DNA from: Betaproteobacteria bacterium
GTDB taxonomy: Bacteria; Pseudomonadota; Gammaproteobacteria; Burkholderiales; Casimicrobiaceae
NCBI GenBank assembly: GCA_039933715.1
Contig: JBDTNO010000001.1
Location: forward strand, 1-59,818
Reading direction: 5' to 3'
Length of the DNA stretch: 59,818 nucleotides
Part shown: piece after piece, positions 28,086 through 37,712 of the stretch
How the letters are laid out: the number at the start of each line of letters is the position of its first letter
How positions within the stretch are numbered: position 1 is the first letter of the stretch
Program-made: the position numbers and the translations under genes
Notes under the pieces: generated by a model
The model's input: the letters and a program-made list of their open reading frames with translations, nothing else
Database searches by the model: none
Told to the model about the DNA's origin: nothing

Positions 28086-28571
28086 ATGGCGAACGTCCCG
28101 CGCAAGCGCACGACAGCCAGGACCGCGCCGAAACGGCCGCTGATCCTGGTGCTGCAAGGCGCCAACCTCAACCTGCTCGGCACCCGCGAGCCCGCCATCT
28201 ACGGTCGAGACACGCTCGCCGACATCCACGCGCGCCTCGAGCGCAAGGCCGCCGCCGGGGGCGCGCGGCTCGCGACGTTCCAGAGCAACCACGAAGGCGC
28301 GATCGTCGATCGGATCCATGCGGCGCGGGGCGAAGGCGTCGCGTTCATCCTGATCAACCCGGCCGCGTTCACCCACACGAGCGTCGCGATCCGCGACGCG
28401 TTGACGGGTGTCGCGATCCCGTTCGTCGAGATCCACCTGACCAACGTGCATGCCCGCGAGGCGTTCCGGCACCACTCGTACTTTTCGGACAAGGCGGTCG
28501 GCACGATCGTGGGCCTGGGTCCCCGGGGCTACGACTACGCTCTCGAATTCGCGCTCGCGACCCTCGCCTGA
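28086..28571 (+). CDS. aroQ: Type II 3-dehydroquinate dehydratase
   Basis: [44 protein letters not shown]. Confidence 0.95.
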   Translation: MANVPRKRTTARTAPKRPLILVLQGANLNLLGTREPAIYGRDTLADIHARLERKAAAGGARLATFQSNHEGAIVDRIHAARGEGVAFILINPAAFTHTSVAIRDALTGVAIPFVEIHLTNVHAREAFRHHSYFSDKAVGTIVGLGPRGYDYALEFALATLA

Positions 28572-28581
28572 AGGGCGGCCC

Positions 28582-29058
<477 letters not shown>

Positions 29059-29141
29059 CACCGGCACCGGCGGGGACGCGGCGCCTGCGCCGACTCGACG
29101 TCGCGCTGCCGCCCGCCGACCTTCGACCGTCGCCGTCTCCC

Positions 29142-30515
29142 GTGCCCACCTCCAAGCCCGACAAACTGTTCGACAAGATCCTGATCGCCAACCGCGGCGA
29201 GATCGCGCTGCGCGTGCAGCGCGCGTGCCGCGAGCTCGGCATCAAGACCGTCGTCGTGCATTCCGAGGCGGATCGCGACGCCAAGTACGTTCGGCTCGCC
29301 GACGAGTCGGTGTGCATCGGTCCGCCGCCGTCGGCGCTGAGCTACCTCAACATCCCGGCGATCATCGCCGCGGCCGAGGTCACCGACGCGCAGGCGATCC
29401 ATCCGGGATATGGATTCCTGTCCGAGAACGCGGACTTCGCCGAGAAGGTCGAGCGGTCGGGATTCGTGTTCATCGGCCCGCGCGCCGACACGATCCGGTC
29501 GATGGGCGACAAGGTGAGCGCGAAGGTCACGATGACCAAGGCGGGCGTCCCTTGCGTGCCGGGCTCCGAAGGCGCGCTCCCGGACGACCCGAAGGAGATC
29601 GTGAAGATCGCGCGCGCCGTCGGCTACCCGGTGATCATCAAGGCGGCGGGCGGGGGCGGCGGGCGCGGGATGCGGGTCGTGCACACCGAGGCCGCGCTCC
29701 TGTCGGCGGTGTCGCTCACGCGCGGCGAGGCGCAGGCGGCGTTCGGCAACCCGACCGTCTACATGGAGAAGTTCCTCACGACGCCGCGCCACGTCGAGAT
29801 CCAGGTGCTCGCCGACGAGCACAAGAACGTCGTATGGCTCGGCGAGCGCGACTGCTCGATGCAGCGCCGCCACCAGAAGATCATCGAGGAGGCGCCCGCG
29901 CCGGGCATCGCCGCGCGGCTGCTCACGCGCATCGGCGACCGCTGCGCCGAGGCGTGCCGCAAGATCGGCTACCGCGGCGCCGGGACGTTCGAGTTCCTGT
30001 TCCAGGACGACGAGTTCTTCTTCATCGAGATGAACACGCGCGTGCAGGTCGAGCACCCGGTGACCGAGGCGACGACCGGCATCGACATCGTGCAGCAGCA
30101 GATCCGTGTCGCCGCGGGGCAGAAGCTCGCGTTCCGCCAGCGCGACATCGTGCGCAAGGGCCACGCGATCGAATGCCGGATCAACGCCGAGGACCCGTAC
30201 ACGTTCGTGCCGTCCCCCGGACGCATCACGAGCTACCACGCGCCGGGCGGACCGGGCATCCGCGTCGACTCGCACGTCTACTCGAACTACGTGGTGCCGC
30301 CGTACTACGACTCGCTCATCGGCAAGGTGATCGCGTACGGCGACACGCGCGAGCAGGCGATCGCGCGCATGCGCATCGCGCTCTCCGAGATGGTGGTCGA
30401 AGGCATTCGCACGAACATCCCGCTGCACCAGGAGCTCCTCACCGACGAGAAGTTCGTGCGCGGCGGCACGTCGATCCACTACCTCGAGGAGCGGATCGCG
30501 AGTCGCGCGGCGTAG
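29142..30515 (+). CDS. accC: Acetyl-CoA carboxylase biotin carboxylase subunit
   Basis: [50 protein letters not shown]; start codon uncertain. Confidence 0.96.
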   Translation: MPTSKPDKLFDKILIANRGEIALRVQRACRELGIKTVVVHSEADRDAKYVRLADESVCIGPPPSALSYLNIPAIIAAAEVTDAQAIHPGYGFLSENADFAEKVERSGFVFIGPRADTIRSMGDKVSAKVTMTKAGVPCVPGSEGALPDDPKEIVKIARAVGYPVIIKAAGGGGGRGMRVVHTEAALLSAVSLTRGEAQAAFGNPTVYMEKFLTTPRHVEIQVLADEHKNVVWLGERDCSMQRRHQKIIEEAPAPGIAARLLTRIGDRCAEACRKIGYRGAGTFEFLFQDDEFFFIEMNTRVQVEHPVTEATTGIDIVQQQIRVAAGQKLAFRQRDIVRKGHAIECRINAEDPYTFVPSPGRITSYHAPGGPGIRVDSHVYSNYVVPPYYDSLIGKVIAYGDTREQAIARMRIALSEMVVEGIRTNIPLHQELLTDEKFVRGGTSIHYLEERIASRAA

Positions 30516-30543
30516 CGGTTCGCCGATCGCGGATCGCCCGTCC

Positions 30544-31443
30544 ATGCCGTTCCGCTCGATCCGCTTCGACACCGGGGCCGCGCAAGCCGAGCGCTGGTCC
30601 GACGCGCTGATCGAGGCGGGCGCCCTGTCGGTCGACGTTTCGGATCCGGCGGCGGGGACCGCGGACGAATCGCCGGTGTACGGCGAGCCGGACGGGCCGA
30701 GCGCGCCGTGGTGGCCGGTGTCGCGCCTCGAAGCGTTGCTTCCGGTCGACTGCGACGGCGAAGCGCTGATCGCCGAGGTCGCGAGCGCGCTCGGCGAACC
30801 GCTGCCGCTGCATGAAGCGCGCGACATCGCCGATCGCGACTGGGTGCGCGCGACGCAGTCGCAATTCGGGCCGATCGCGATCGGCGAGAGCTTCTGGATC
30901 GTGCCGACCTGGTGCGATCCGCCGGTTCCCGACGCGATCACGCTGCGACTCGATCCCGGGCTCGCGTTCGGCACCGGATCGCACCCGACGACGCGCCTTT
31001 GCATCGAGTGGCTGCAGGCGTCGCTCCGCGGAGGCGAGACGGTGCTCGACTACGGTTGCGGGTCCGGCATTCTCGCGATCGCCGCCGCGAAGCTCGGCGC
31101 GCGCGAGGTGACCGGCACCGATATCGACCGCCAGGCGCTCGTCGCGAGCGCGGCGAATGCGGCGGCGAACGGAGTCGCCGCGCGTTTCGTCGCGCCCGAT
31201 GCGCTGTCCCCGGGCGCATGCGACGTCGTCGTCGCCAACATCCTCGCGCATCCGCTGATCCTGCTCGCGCCGGCGCTCGCCGCGCGAACCAACGACGGCG
31301 GCCGCATCGCGCTGTCCGGCATCCTCGAAGCGCAGGCGGACGAGGTGGTCGCCGCCTACGCGCGGTGGTTTACACTCGGCGCCTGGCGCAGCCGCGACGG
31401 ATGGGTGTTGCTCGCCGGAGCGCGATACGAAAGCGTGAAGTGA
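30544..31443 (+). CDS. prmA: Ribosomal protein L11 methyltransferase
   Basis: DPGLAFGTGSHPTT, LDYGCGSGILAI, VANILA, LSGIL. Confidence 0.95.
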   Translation: MPFRSIRFDTGAAQAERWSDALIEAGALSVDVSDPAAGTADESPVYGEPDGPSAPWWPVSRLEALLPVDCDGEALIAEVASALGEPLPLHEARDIADRDWVRATQSQFGPIAIGESFWIVPTWCDPPVPDAITLRLDPGLAFGTGSHPTTRLCIEWLQASLRGGETVLDYGCGSGILAIAAAKLGAREVTGTDIDRQALVASAANAAANGVAARFVAPDALSPGACDVVVANILAHPLILLAPALAARTNDGGRIALSGILEAQADEVVAAYARWFTLGAWRSRDGWVLLAGARYESVK

Positions 31444-31444
31444 A

Positions 31445-31624
31445 CCGGCGGGCGCCGGGCCGTCCCAAGCGCGCCGTGCCCCCTGGGGGGAAGCACGCTG
31501 GCGTGCTTCGGGGGGATGACATCCGGCGGGCGCCGGGCCGCCCCAAGCGCGCCGTGCCCCCTGGGGGGAAGCACGCTTGCGTGCTACGAGGGGAAGCACG
31601 CCTGCGTGCTTCGTGGGGATGACA
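31445..31624. repeat. Tandem 78-bp intergenic repeat with three GAAGCACGC/GCGTGCT hairpins
   Basis: Unit starts at 31445 and again at 31523; second unit has a duplicated hairpin. Confidence 0.85.
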
Positions 31625-31627
31625 CCG

Positions 31628-32449
31628 ATGGAAGAACAATACACACGCTGTCCCGGCTGCAAGACGATCTTCCGCGTCACGCCGCAGCAGTTGCTGCTGA
31701 AGATGGGACAGGTGCGGTGCGGCCATTGCCGCACGGTATTCGACGGCAACGCGGCGCTCGTCTCCCTCGCGCCGCAACTGCATGCCGACGTCGACGGCGG
31801 CGAAGATCTCGGTCCGCCGACCGTCACGCTGCGTCCGGCGCGCGCGCTCCGATCCGCCGACGAGCCGATCCACGCGCCGACCAGGCCGTCGGTCGCGCCC
31901 CTCGCGCAAGCCGGGAGCGCGTCGAGCGCCGATTGGGAGAATCGCTTCGCATGGGACAAGCCGCGCGAGCGCAAGCGCGCGACTTGGATGGCGGCCGGCG
32001 CGCTGCTCCTCGCGCTGCTGCTCGTCGGCCAGACGATCTGGCATTTCCGCGATGCGATCGCCGCGCATTTCCCCGCGGCCCGCGCGGCGCTCGTGCGCGC
32101 TTGCGCGTTCGCCGGCTGCGCGGTCCGCCCGCTGCGCGATGTCGCGGCGCTGTCGATCGAAGCATCGGACCTGCAGGCCGACGCCGCGCATCGCGGCCTG
32201 CTGATCCTCGCGGCGAGCGTGCGCAATCGCGCGAACTATGCGATCGCCTATCCCTACCTCGAGCTCACGCTGACCGACGCGCAGGACCAGGTGGTCGTGC
32301 GGCGCGCGTTCGCCCCCACCGACTACGCGGGCGGGACGATCGACCTCGCCCGCGGGATCCTCGGCGGGAGCGAGATGCCGATCAAGATGTTCGTCGACGC
32401 GAGCGCCACCTCGCAGGCCGGTTACCGGCTCTATTTGTTCTATCCGTGA
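31628..32449 (+). CDS. Zinc-ribbon plus DUF3426-type membrane protein
   Basis: TRCPGCKTIFRV...G.VRCGHC, one TM, YPYLELTLTD, GYRLYLFYP; usual position after prmA. Confidence 0.85.
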   Translation: MEEQYTRCPGCKTIFRVTPQQLLLKMGQVRCGHCRTVFDGNAALVSLAPQLHADVDGGEDLGPPTVTLRPARALRSADEPIHAPTRPSVAPLAQAGSASSADWENRFAWDKPRERKRATWMAAGALLLALLLVGQTIWHFRDAIAAHFPAARAALVRACAFAGCAVRPLRDVAALSIEASDLQADAAHRGLLILAASVRNRANYAIAYPYLELTLTDAQDQVVVRRAFAPTDYAGGTIDLARGILGGSEMPIKMFVDASATSQAGYRLYLFYP

Positions 32450-32670
32450 GGGTTTCGCCCCCCGGTGCACCAGCCGGGTGCGGCGGCTCAATCATCGCGC
32501 GTGCAAGGGGGTCTCGACGCGCCACCGAGCGAAACTCGAAAAACCCAGTCGATTCCTATGTTTGCTTGCGGCACTCCGGCCGTCTCCCGAAAGTCGGATT
32601 CGCAGCATCTGGCGCGCCAGTCCACGAACCCCGTGGAGTACGGCTCGAATGGAACGAGTCGTCTTGGCGC

Positions 32671-32717
32671 GCTCCAAAACGGTGCGACGACTCGCGGAGA
32701 TCGCGCCATAATGGGGC
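32671..32717. promoter_or_regulatory. Tandem NtrC enhancer sites
   Basis: GCTCC-N5-GGTGC (32671) and GCGCC-N5-GGGGC (32703), 32 bp apart, match GCACC-N5-GGTGC. Confidence 0.75.
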
Positions 32718-32789
32718 GTCGATGGTTGCCGCCGCGAAACGGACACCGAAATCCCGCGCCCCCTCAGGGGCTTGGAGGCGCTTACCGCA

Positions 32790-32805
32790 TGGCATAGTTA
32801 TCGCT
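32790..32805 (+). promoter_or_regulatory. Sigma54 promoter of glnA
   Basis: TGGCAT-AGTTA-TCGCT with GG-N10-GC spacing. Confidence 0.78.
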
Positions 32806-32878
32806 AAATCGCCCCGCGGCGATTCTGCAACGCAGCCTTCCCCATTTCCGTTCCACCAGGCCCCTCCAGGAGATTTGA

Positions 32879-34297
32879 ATGGCCACTGCCACTGGCGCCG
32901 ACGTCATCAAGATGATCAAGGAAAAGGAAGTCAAGTTCGTCGACTTCCGCTTCACCGACACGCGCGGCAAGGAGCAGCACGTCTCGGTGCCGGCGAAGGT
33001 GGTCGGCAACGACAAGTTCGAGGACGGCCATGCGTTCGACGGCTCGTCGATCGCCGGATGGAAGGGCATCGAGGCGTCCGACATGCTGCTGATGCCGGAT
33101 CCCACGACCGCGTATCTCGACCCGTTCCTGGACGAGACGACGCTCAACATCACCTGCGACGTGGTCGAGCCGTCCGACGGCAAGGGTTACGAGCGCGACC
33201 CGCGCTCGCTCGCGAAGCGCGCCGAGGCCTATCTCAAGTCGACCGGCATCGGCGACGTCTGCTATATCGGCCCGGAGCCCGAGTTCTTCATCTTCGACTC
33301 GGTCGAGTGGTCGGTCGACATGTCGGGAAGCTACTGCAAGATCTTCAGCTCCGAGGCCGCGTGGTCGTCCGCCGAGAAGTTCGAGGGCGGGAACATGGGC
33401 CACCGGCCGACGGTGAAGGGCGGCTACTTTCCGGTGCCGCCGGTCGACTCGCTTCAGGACATCCGCTCGGCGATCTGCCTCGCGCTCGAGTCGATGGGCG
33501 TCGAGGTCGAGGTGCATCACCACGAGGTCGCGAACGCCGGCCAGTGCGAGATCGGCACCAAATTCGCGCCGCTCGTGCAGCGCGCCGACTGGATCCAGAT
33601 CCTCAAGTACGCGGTCCACAACACCGCGCACGCGTACGGCAAGACCGCGACGTTCATGCCGAAGCCGATCGTCGGCGACAACGGCTCGGGCATGCATTGC
33701 CACCAGTCGATCTTCAAGGGCGGCAAGAACCTGTTCGCCGGCGACGGCTACGCGGGCCTGTCCGAATTCGCGCTCTACTACATCGGCGGCATCATCAAGC
33801 ACGCGAAGTCGCTGAACGCGATCACCAACCCGGGGACGAACTCGTACAAGCGGCTCGTGCCCGGCTTCGAGGCGCCGATCAACCTCGCGTACTCGGCGCG
33901 CAATCGCTCCGCCGCGATCCGCGTGCCGTACGTGTCGAACCCGAAGGGACGTCGCATCGAGGTCCGCTTCCCCGATCCGACCGCGAATCCTTACCTCGCG
34001 TTCGCGGCGATGATGATGGCGGGACTCGACGGCGTCCAGAACAAGATCCATCCGGGCGACCCGATGGACAAGAACCTCTACGACCTCGAGCCCGAGGAGG
34101 CGGCGAAGGTCCCGCATCCGTGCGCGTCGCTCGACGAGGCGCTCGACCACCTCGACCGCGACCGCGCGTTCCTCACCAAGGGCGGCGTGTTCACCAACGA
34201 CATGATCGACGCCTACATCGCGCTCAAGATGGAAGAGGTCACGCGGTTCCGCATGACCACGCACCCGGTCGAGTTCGAGATGTATTACTCGCTGTAA
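32879..34297 (+). CDS. glnA: Glutamine synthetase type I
   Basis: [47 protein letters not shown] adenylylation site; AGGAG RBS. Confidence 0.99.
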   Translation: MATATGADVIKMIKEKEVKFVDFRFTDTRGKEQHVSVPAKVVGNDKFEDGHAFDGSSIAGWKGIEASDMLLMPDPTTAYLDPFLDETTLNITCDVVEPSDGKGYERDPRSLAKRAEAYLKSTGIGDVCYIGPEPEFFIFDSVEWSVDMSGSYCKIFSSEAAWSSAEKFEGGNMGHRPTVKGGYFPVPPVDSLQDIRSAICLALESMGVEVEVHHHEVANAGQCEIGTKFAPLVQRADWIQILKYAVHNTAHAYGKTATFMPKPIVGDNGSGMHCHQSIFKGGKNLFAGDGYAGLSEFALYYIGGIIKHAKSLNAITNPGTNSYKRLVPGFEAPINLAYSARNRSAAIRVPYVSNPKGRRIEVRFPDPTANPYLAFAAMMMAGLDGVQNKIHPGDPMDKNLYDLEPEEAAKVPHPCASLDEALDHLDRDRAFLTKGGVFTNDMIDAYIALKMEEVTRFRMTTHPVEFEMYYSL

Positions 34298-34332
34298 ACC
34301 GCGGCGCCCGCGCGGGCGTTGTGTCATCGACG

Positions 34333-34358
34333 GGGGCGGGCCGGCGGCCTGCCCCTTT
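34333..34358 (+). terminator. Probable terminator/attenuating hairpin after glnA
   Basis: GGGGCGGGCC/GGCCTGCCCC stem followed by a short T tract. Confidence 0.55.
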
Positions 34359-34393
34359 CGTCGTCGGACGCCGGTCCGATACACTGCGACGGG

Positions 34394-34927
34394 ATGACTG
34401 CCAGGGCCACCGTGCTTCGCTGGTGCGTCGCCGCCCTGCTGGGGTGCGCGACGTGGGGAGCGCTCGCACAGGGAATCGCGCAGAAGGCCAAGGAAGAGGG
34501 CTGCAGCGACAAGCCCGTGCGGCTGCCGGGCAGCGAGATGTACAAATGCACGTCGAAGAGCGGGAACGCCGCGTACTTCAACGTGCCGGATGCGACGCCC
34601 GATTCCGCCGGTTCGACGAAGGCCGCGGCGTCGGCCGCCACGCGCTCGGCGAGCGTGCCGACGCCTTCGAGCTTCCCGAAGGTCGACGCGGGCACGCAGA
34701 AGTCGCGCGACGATCTTCGCCGCAGGGTGCTGCAGGACGAGCTCGCGAGCGAGGAGAAGCTCCTCGTCGAGGCGCGGGGCGCGTGGGCCGAAGGATCGCC
34801 GCCGCCGCTCCCCGAGGAGCGGACGAGCGCGCAGAAGTACGCGGACCGGCTCGCGCGACTGCGCCAGACGGTCCAGCTCCACGAGCGCAACGTCGAGGCG
34901 CTGAAGCGCGAGCTCGCCGCGCGCTGA
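34394..34927 (+). CDS. DUF4124-like exported protein
   Basis: Signal peptide, MYKC...G..YFN.P, FPKVD..TQK.RD coiled coil; usual position between glnA and glnL. Confidence 0.78.
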   Translation: MTARATVLRWCVAALLGCATWGALAQGIAQKAKEEGCSDKPVRLPGSEMYKCTSKSGNAAYFNVPDATPDSAGSTKAAASAATRSASVPTPSSFPKVDAGTQKSRDDLRRRVLQDELASEEKLLVEARGAWAEGSPPPLPEERTSAQKYADRLARLRQTVQLHERNVEALKRELAAR

Positions 34928-34954
34928 CGCGCGCGCAATCGAGCGCTCTCGCGG

Positions 34955-34972
34955 GTCGGGCTTCAGCCCGGC
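34955..34972. repeat. REP-like palindrome GTCGGGCTTCAGCCCGGC
   Basis: One mismatch to the copy at 2670; intergenic. Confidence 0.65.
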
Positions 34973-35069
34973 GTGCTTCCGCCAGGCGGCCGCTCCGCTC
35001 CGGCGCGGTTATTGCTAAACCTTCCGTCTTCGCGGCGCGCGCTTCTCGCGCCCCGCCGATGACCGCGCC

Positions 35070-36161
35070 GTGATCCGCATCCCGTTCCTCGAGCCCGCCA
35101 CGCCCGCGTCCTGCGCGGGGCTCGAGCTGCTCGCGACCGCGGTGCTGCTGATCGGCGAGGACGGCCGCGTGACCTGGGCGAATCCCGCCGCCGAGAACCT
35201 GTTCGAGCTCTCGCGCAAGAAGCTCGTCAAGCGGCGGCCCGCGCAGATCTTCGGCGACAGCGCGCCGCTCGACGCGGCGATCGCGAAGGCGCTCTCGAGC
35301 GGCGGCTCCTACACCGAGCAGGAACTCGAGCTCGGCGCGCCGGGACGGACGCGCCTGCACCTCTCCTGCACGGCGACGCCGGTCGACTACGACGACGCGA
35401 CGATGCTGGTCGAGTTCCGCCATATCGACCAGCAGCTCAAGATCGCGCGCGAGGAGCGTCTCAACGAGCAGCAGCAGGCGAACCGCGAGCTGATCCGCAG
35501 CCTCGCGCACGAGATCAAGAACCCGCTCGGCGGCATTCGCGGCGCGGCGCAGCTTCTCGAGCACGAGCTCGATGCGCCGACGCTGATCGAGTACACGCAG
35601 GTGATCATCGGCGAGGCCGACCGGCTGCAGTCACTCGTCAACCGGCTGCTGACGCCGCACCGGCTGCCGTCGTTGCGGGCGATGAACGTCCACGAGGTGC
35701 TCCTGCGCGTGAAGGGCGTCGTGCAGGCCGAGTTCCCGCAGATCCCGGTCACGCTCGATTTCGACATCTCGCTGCCCGAGTTCGACGCCGATCCCGAGCA
35801 GCTCACCCAGGCGGCGCTCAACATCGTGCGCAACGCCGCGCAGGCGCTCGCCGGCACCACGGCGGACCCTCGCATCGTCGTGTCGACGCGCGTCGCGCGC
35901 AACGTGGCGCTCGCGCGCAAGTTCCACAAGCTGGCGGTGGCGATCGGCGTCGACGATAACGGCCCCGGCGTCGCCGACGCGCTGCGCGAGAAGATCTTCT
36001 TCCCGCTCGTCTCCGGGCGCGAGGGCGGCAGCGGCCTCGGCCTCACGATCGCGCAGACGTTCGTCGCCCAGCACGGCGGCGCGATCGAATGGGAGAGCCA
36101 GCCGGGCCGCACCGTCTTCACGATCCTCCTGCCGCTCGATCCGCCGCGCGGCCACGCCTGA
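35070..36161 (+). CDS. glnL: Nitrogen regulation sensor kinase NtrB
   Basis: PAS-like N-terminus, LAHEIKNPLGGIRGAAQLL H-box, DNGPG, GSGLGL. Confidence 0.95.
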   Translation: MIRIPFLEPATPASCAGLELLATAVLLIGEDGRVTWANPAAENLFELSRKKLVKRRPAQIFGDSAPLDAAIAKALSSGGSYTEQELELGAPGRTRLHLSCTATPVDYDDATMLVEFRHIDQQLKIAREERLNEQQQANRELIRSLAHEIKNPLGGIRGAAQLLEHELDAPTLIEYTQVIIGEADRLQSLVNRLLTPHRLPSLRAMNVHEVLLRVKGVVQAEFPQIPVTLDFDISLPEFDADPEQLTQAALNIVRNAAQALAGTTADPRIVVSTRVARNVALARKFHKLAVAIGVDDNGPGVADALREKIFFPLVSGREGGSGLGLTIAQTFVAQHGGAIEWESQPGRTVFTILLPLDPPRGHA

Positions 36162-36175
36162 CCCAGGGAACGCCG

Positions 36176-37636
36176 ATGCATGCCTACGACTACGAGCCGC
36201 CGCGTGGCGGCGAAGCGATGCGCGCCGTGTGGATCGTCGACGACGACCGGTCGATCCGCTGGGTGCTGGAGAAGGCGCTCGCACGCGAAGGAATCCCCTA
36301 CAAGACGTTCACGTCCGCGTACGAGGTGCTGCAGGCGCTCGGCGTGAGCCAGCCGCAGGTGCTGGTCTCGGACATCCGGATGCCGGGCGAGTCGGGCATC
36401 GCGCTGCTCACCAAGGTGAAGGAGCGCTATCCGCACATCCCGGTCATCGTGATGACCGCGTACTCGGACCTCGACAGCGCCGTGCAGGCGTTCCAGGGTG
36501 GCGCGTTCGAGTACTTGCCGAAGCCGTTCGACGTCGACCACGCGGTCGCGCTGATTCGCCGCGCGCAGAGCGAGACGCCGGTCGCCTCGCCGGTCGCCGC
36601 GGCGACGGGCGAGCCGCCCGAGATCCTCGGGCAGGCGCCGGCGATGCAGGAAGTATTCCGCGCGATCGGACGACTGGCGCAATCGAACGCGACGGTGCTG
36701 ATCACCGGCGAGTCGGGGACCGGCAAGGAGCTCGTCGCGCGTGCGCTGCATCGGCACAGCCCGCGTGCCGCGGGCCCGTTCGTCGCGATCAACACGGCGG
36801 CGATCCCCAAGGACCTGCTCGAGAGCGAGCTCTTCGGCCATGAGCGTGGCGCGTTCACCGGGGCGCAGAGCGCGCGACGCGGGCGCTTCGAGCAGTCGGA
36901 AGGCGGCACGCTCTTTCTCGACGAGATCGGCGACATGCCGCCGGACCTGCAGGTCCGACTCTTGCGCGTACTCTCCGACGGCGAGTACTACCGCGTCGGC
37001 GGACACGCGCCGCTCAAGTCCAGCGTGCGCGTGATCGCGGCGACGCACCAGTTGCTCGAGGAGCGCGTGCGGCAGGGGCTGTTCCGCGAGGACTTGCTGC
37101 ACCGGCTCAACGTCGTGCGGCTGCGGTTGCCGCCGCTGCGCGAGCGCGTCGAGGACATTCCGCCGCTCGCGCGCCACTTCATGCAGAAGAGCGCGCGCGA
37201 GCTCGCCGTCGAGACCAAGGTGCTCACCGACGACGCGCTGAAGGTGTTGCAGCAGTTCTCGTTTCCGGGCAACGTGCGGCAGCTCGAGAACGTGTGCCAT
37301 TGGCTCACGGTGATGGCGCCGGGGCAACGCATCGAGGGGGTCGACCTGCCGCCGGAAGTCCGCGAGCCGGCGACGCCGGCGGGTACGCGTCCGGGGGAGT
37401 CAGGCTGGCAGCAAGGGCTCGACCGCGAATTGGCGGCGGCGTTGACGCGCGGCGAGAAGGCCGTCGGCGACCGCCTCGAGCGCGAGTTCGAAATGACGCT
37501 GATCCGGCGTGCGCTGACGCACACCGGCGGTCATCGCATGGATGCGGCCCAATGGCTCGGCTGGGGACGCAACACGCTCACGCGCAAGATCCAGGAGCTC
37601 GGCATGGAGGAGGAGTTGCGCAAAGGCGAGCGTTAG
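36176..37636 (+). CDS. glnG: Nitrogen regulation response regulator NtrC
   Basis: WIVDDD.SIRWVL, DIRMP, GESGTGKE, GAFTGA, GRNTLTRK HTH; start 36176 or 36218. Confidence 0.96.
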   Translation: MHAYDYEPPRGGEAMRAVWIVDDDRSIRWVLEKALAREGIPYKTFTSAYEVLQALGVSQPQVLVSDIRMPGESGIALLTKVKERYPHIPVIVMTAYSDLDSAVQAFQGGAFEYLPKPFDVDHAVALIRRAQSETPVASPVAAATGEPPEILGQAPAMQEVFRAIGRLAQSNATVLITGESGTGKELVARALHRHSPRAAGPFVAINTAAIPKDLLESELFGHERGAFTGAQSARRGRFEQSEGGTLFLDEIGDMPPDLQVRLLRVLSDGEYYRVGGHAPLKSSVRVIAATHQLLEERVRQGLFREDLLHRLNVVRLRLPPLRERVEDIPPLARHFMQKSARELAVETKVLTDDALKVLQQFSFPGNVRQLENVCHWLTVMAPGQRIEGVDLPPEVREPATPAGTRPGESGWQQGLDRELAAALTRGEKAVGDRLEREFEMTLIRRALTHTGGHRMDAAQWLGWGRNTLTRKIQELGMEEELRKGER

Positions 37637-37711
37637 GGGGTCAGAGACGAGACTCCGAGCGGGACGGTGGCGAGGCTCGCACGTCGCGACAGGAGTCTCG
37701 TCTCTGACCCC
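37637..37711. repeat. Long inverted repeat between converging genes
   Basis: Perfect 20-bp arms GGGGTCAGAGACGAGACTCC / GGAGTCTCGTCTCTGACCCC with 35-bp spacer. Confidence 0.85.
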
Positions 37712-37712
37712 T

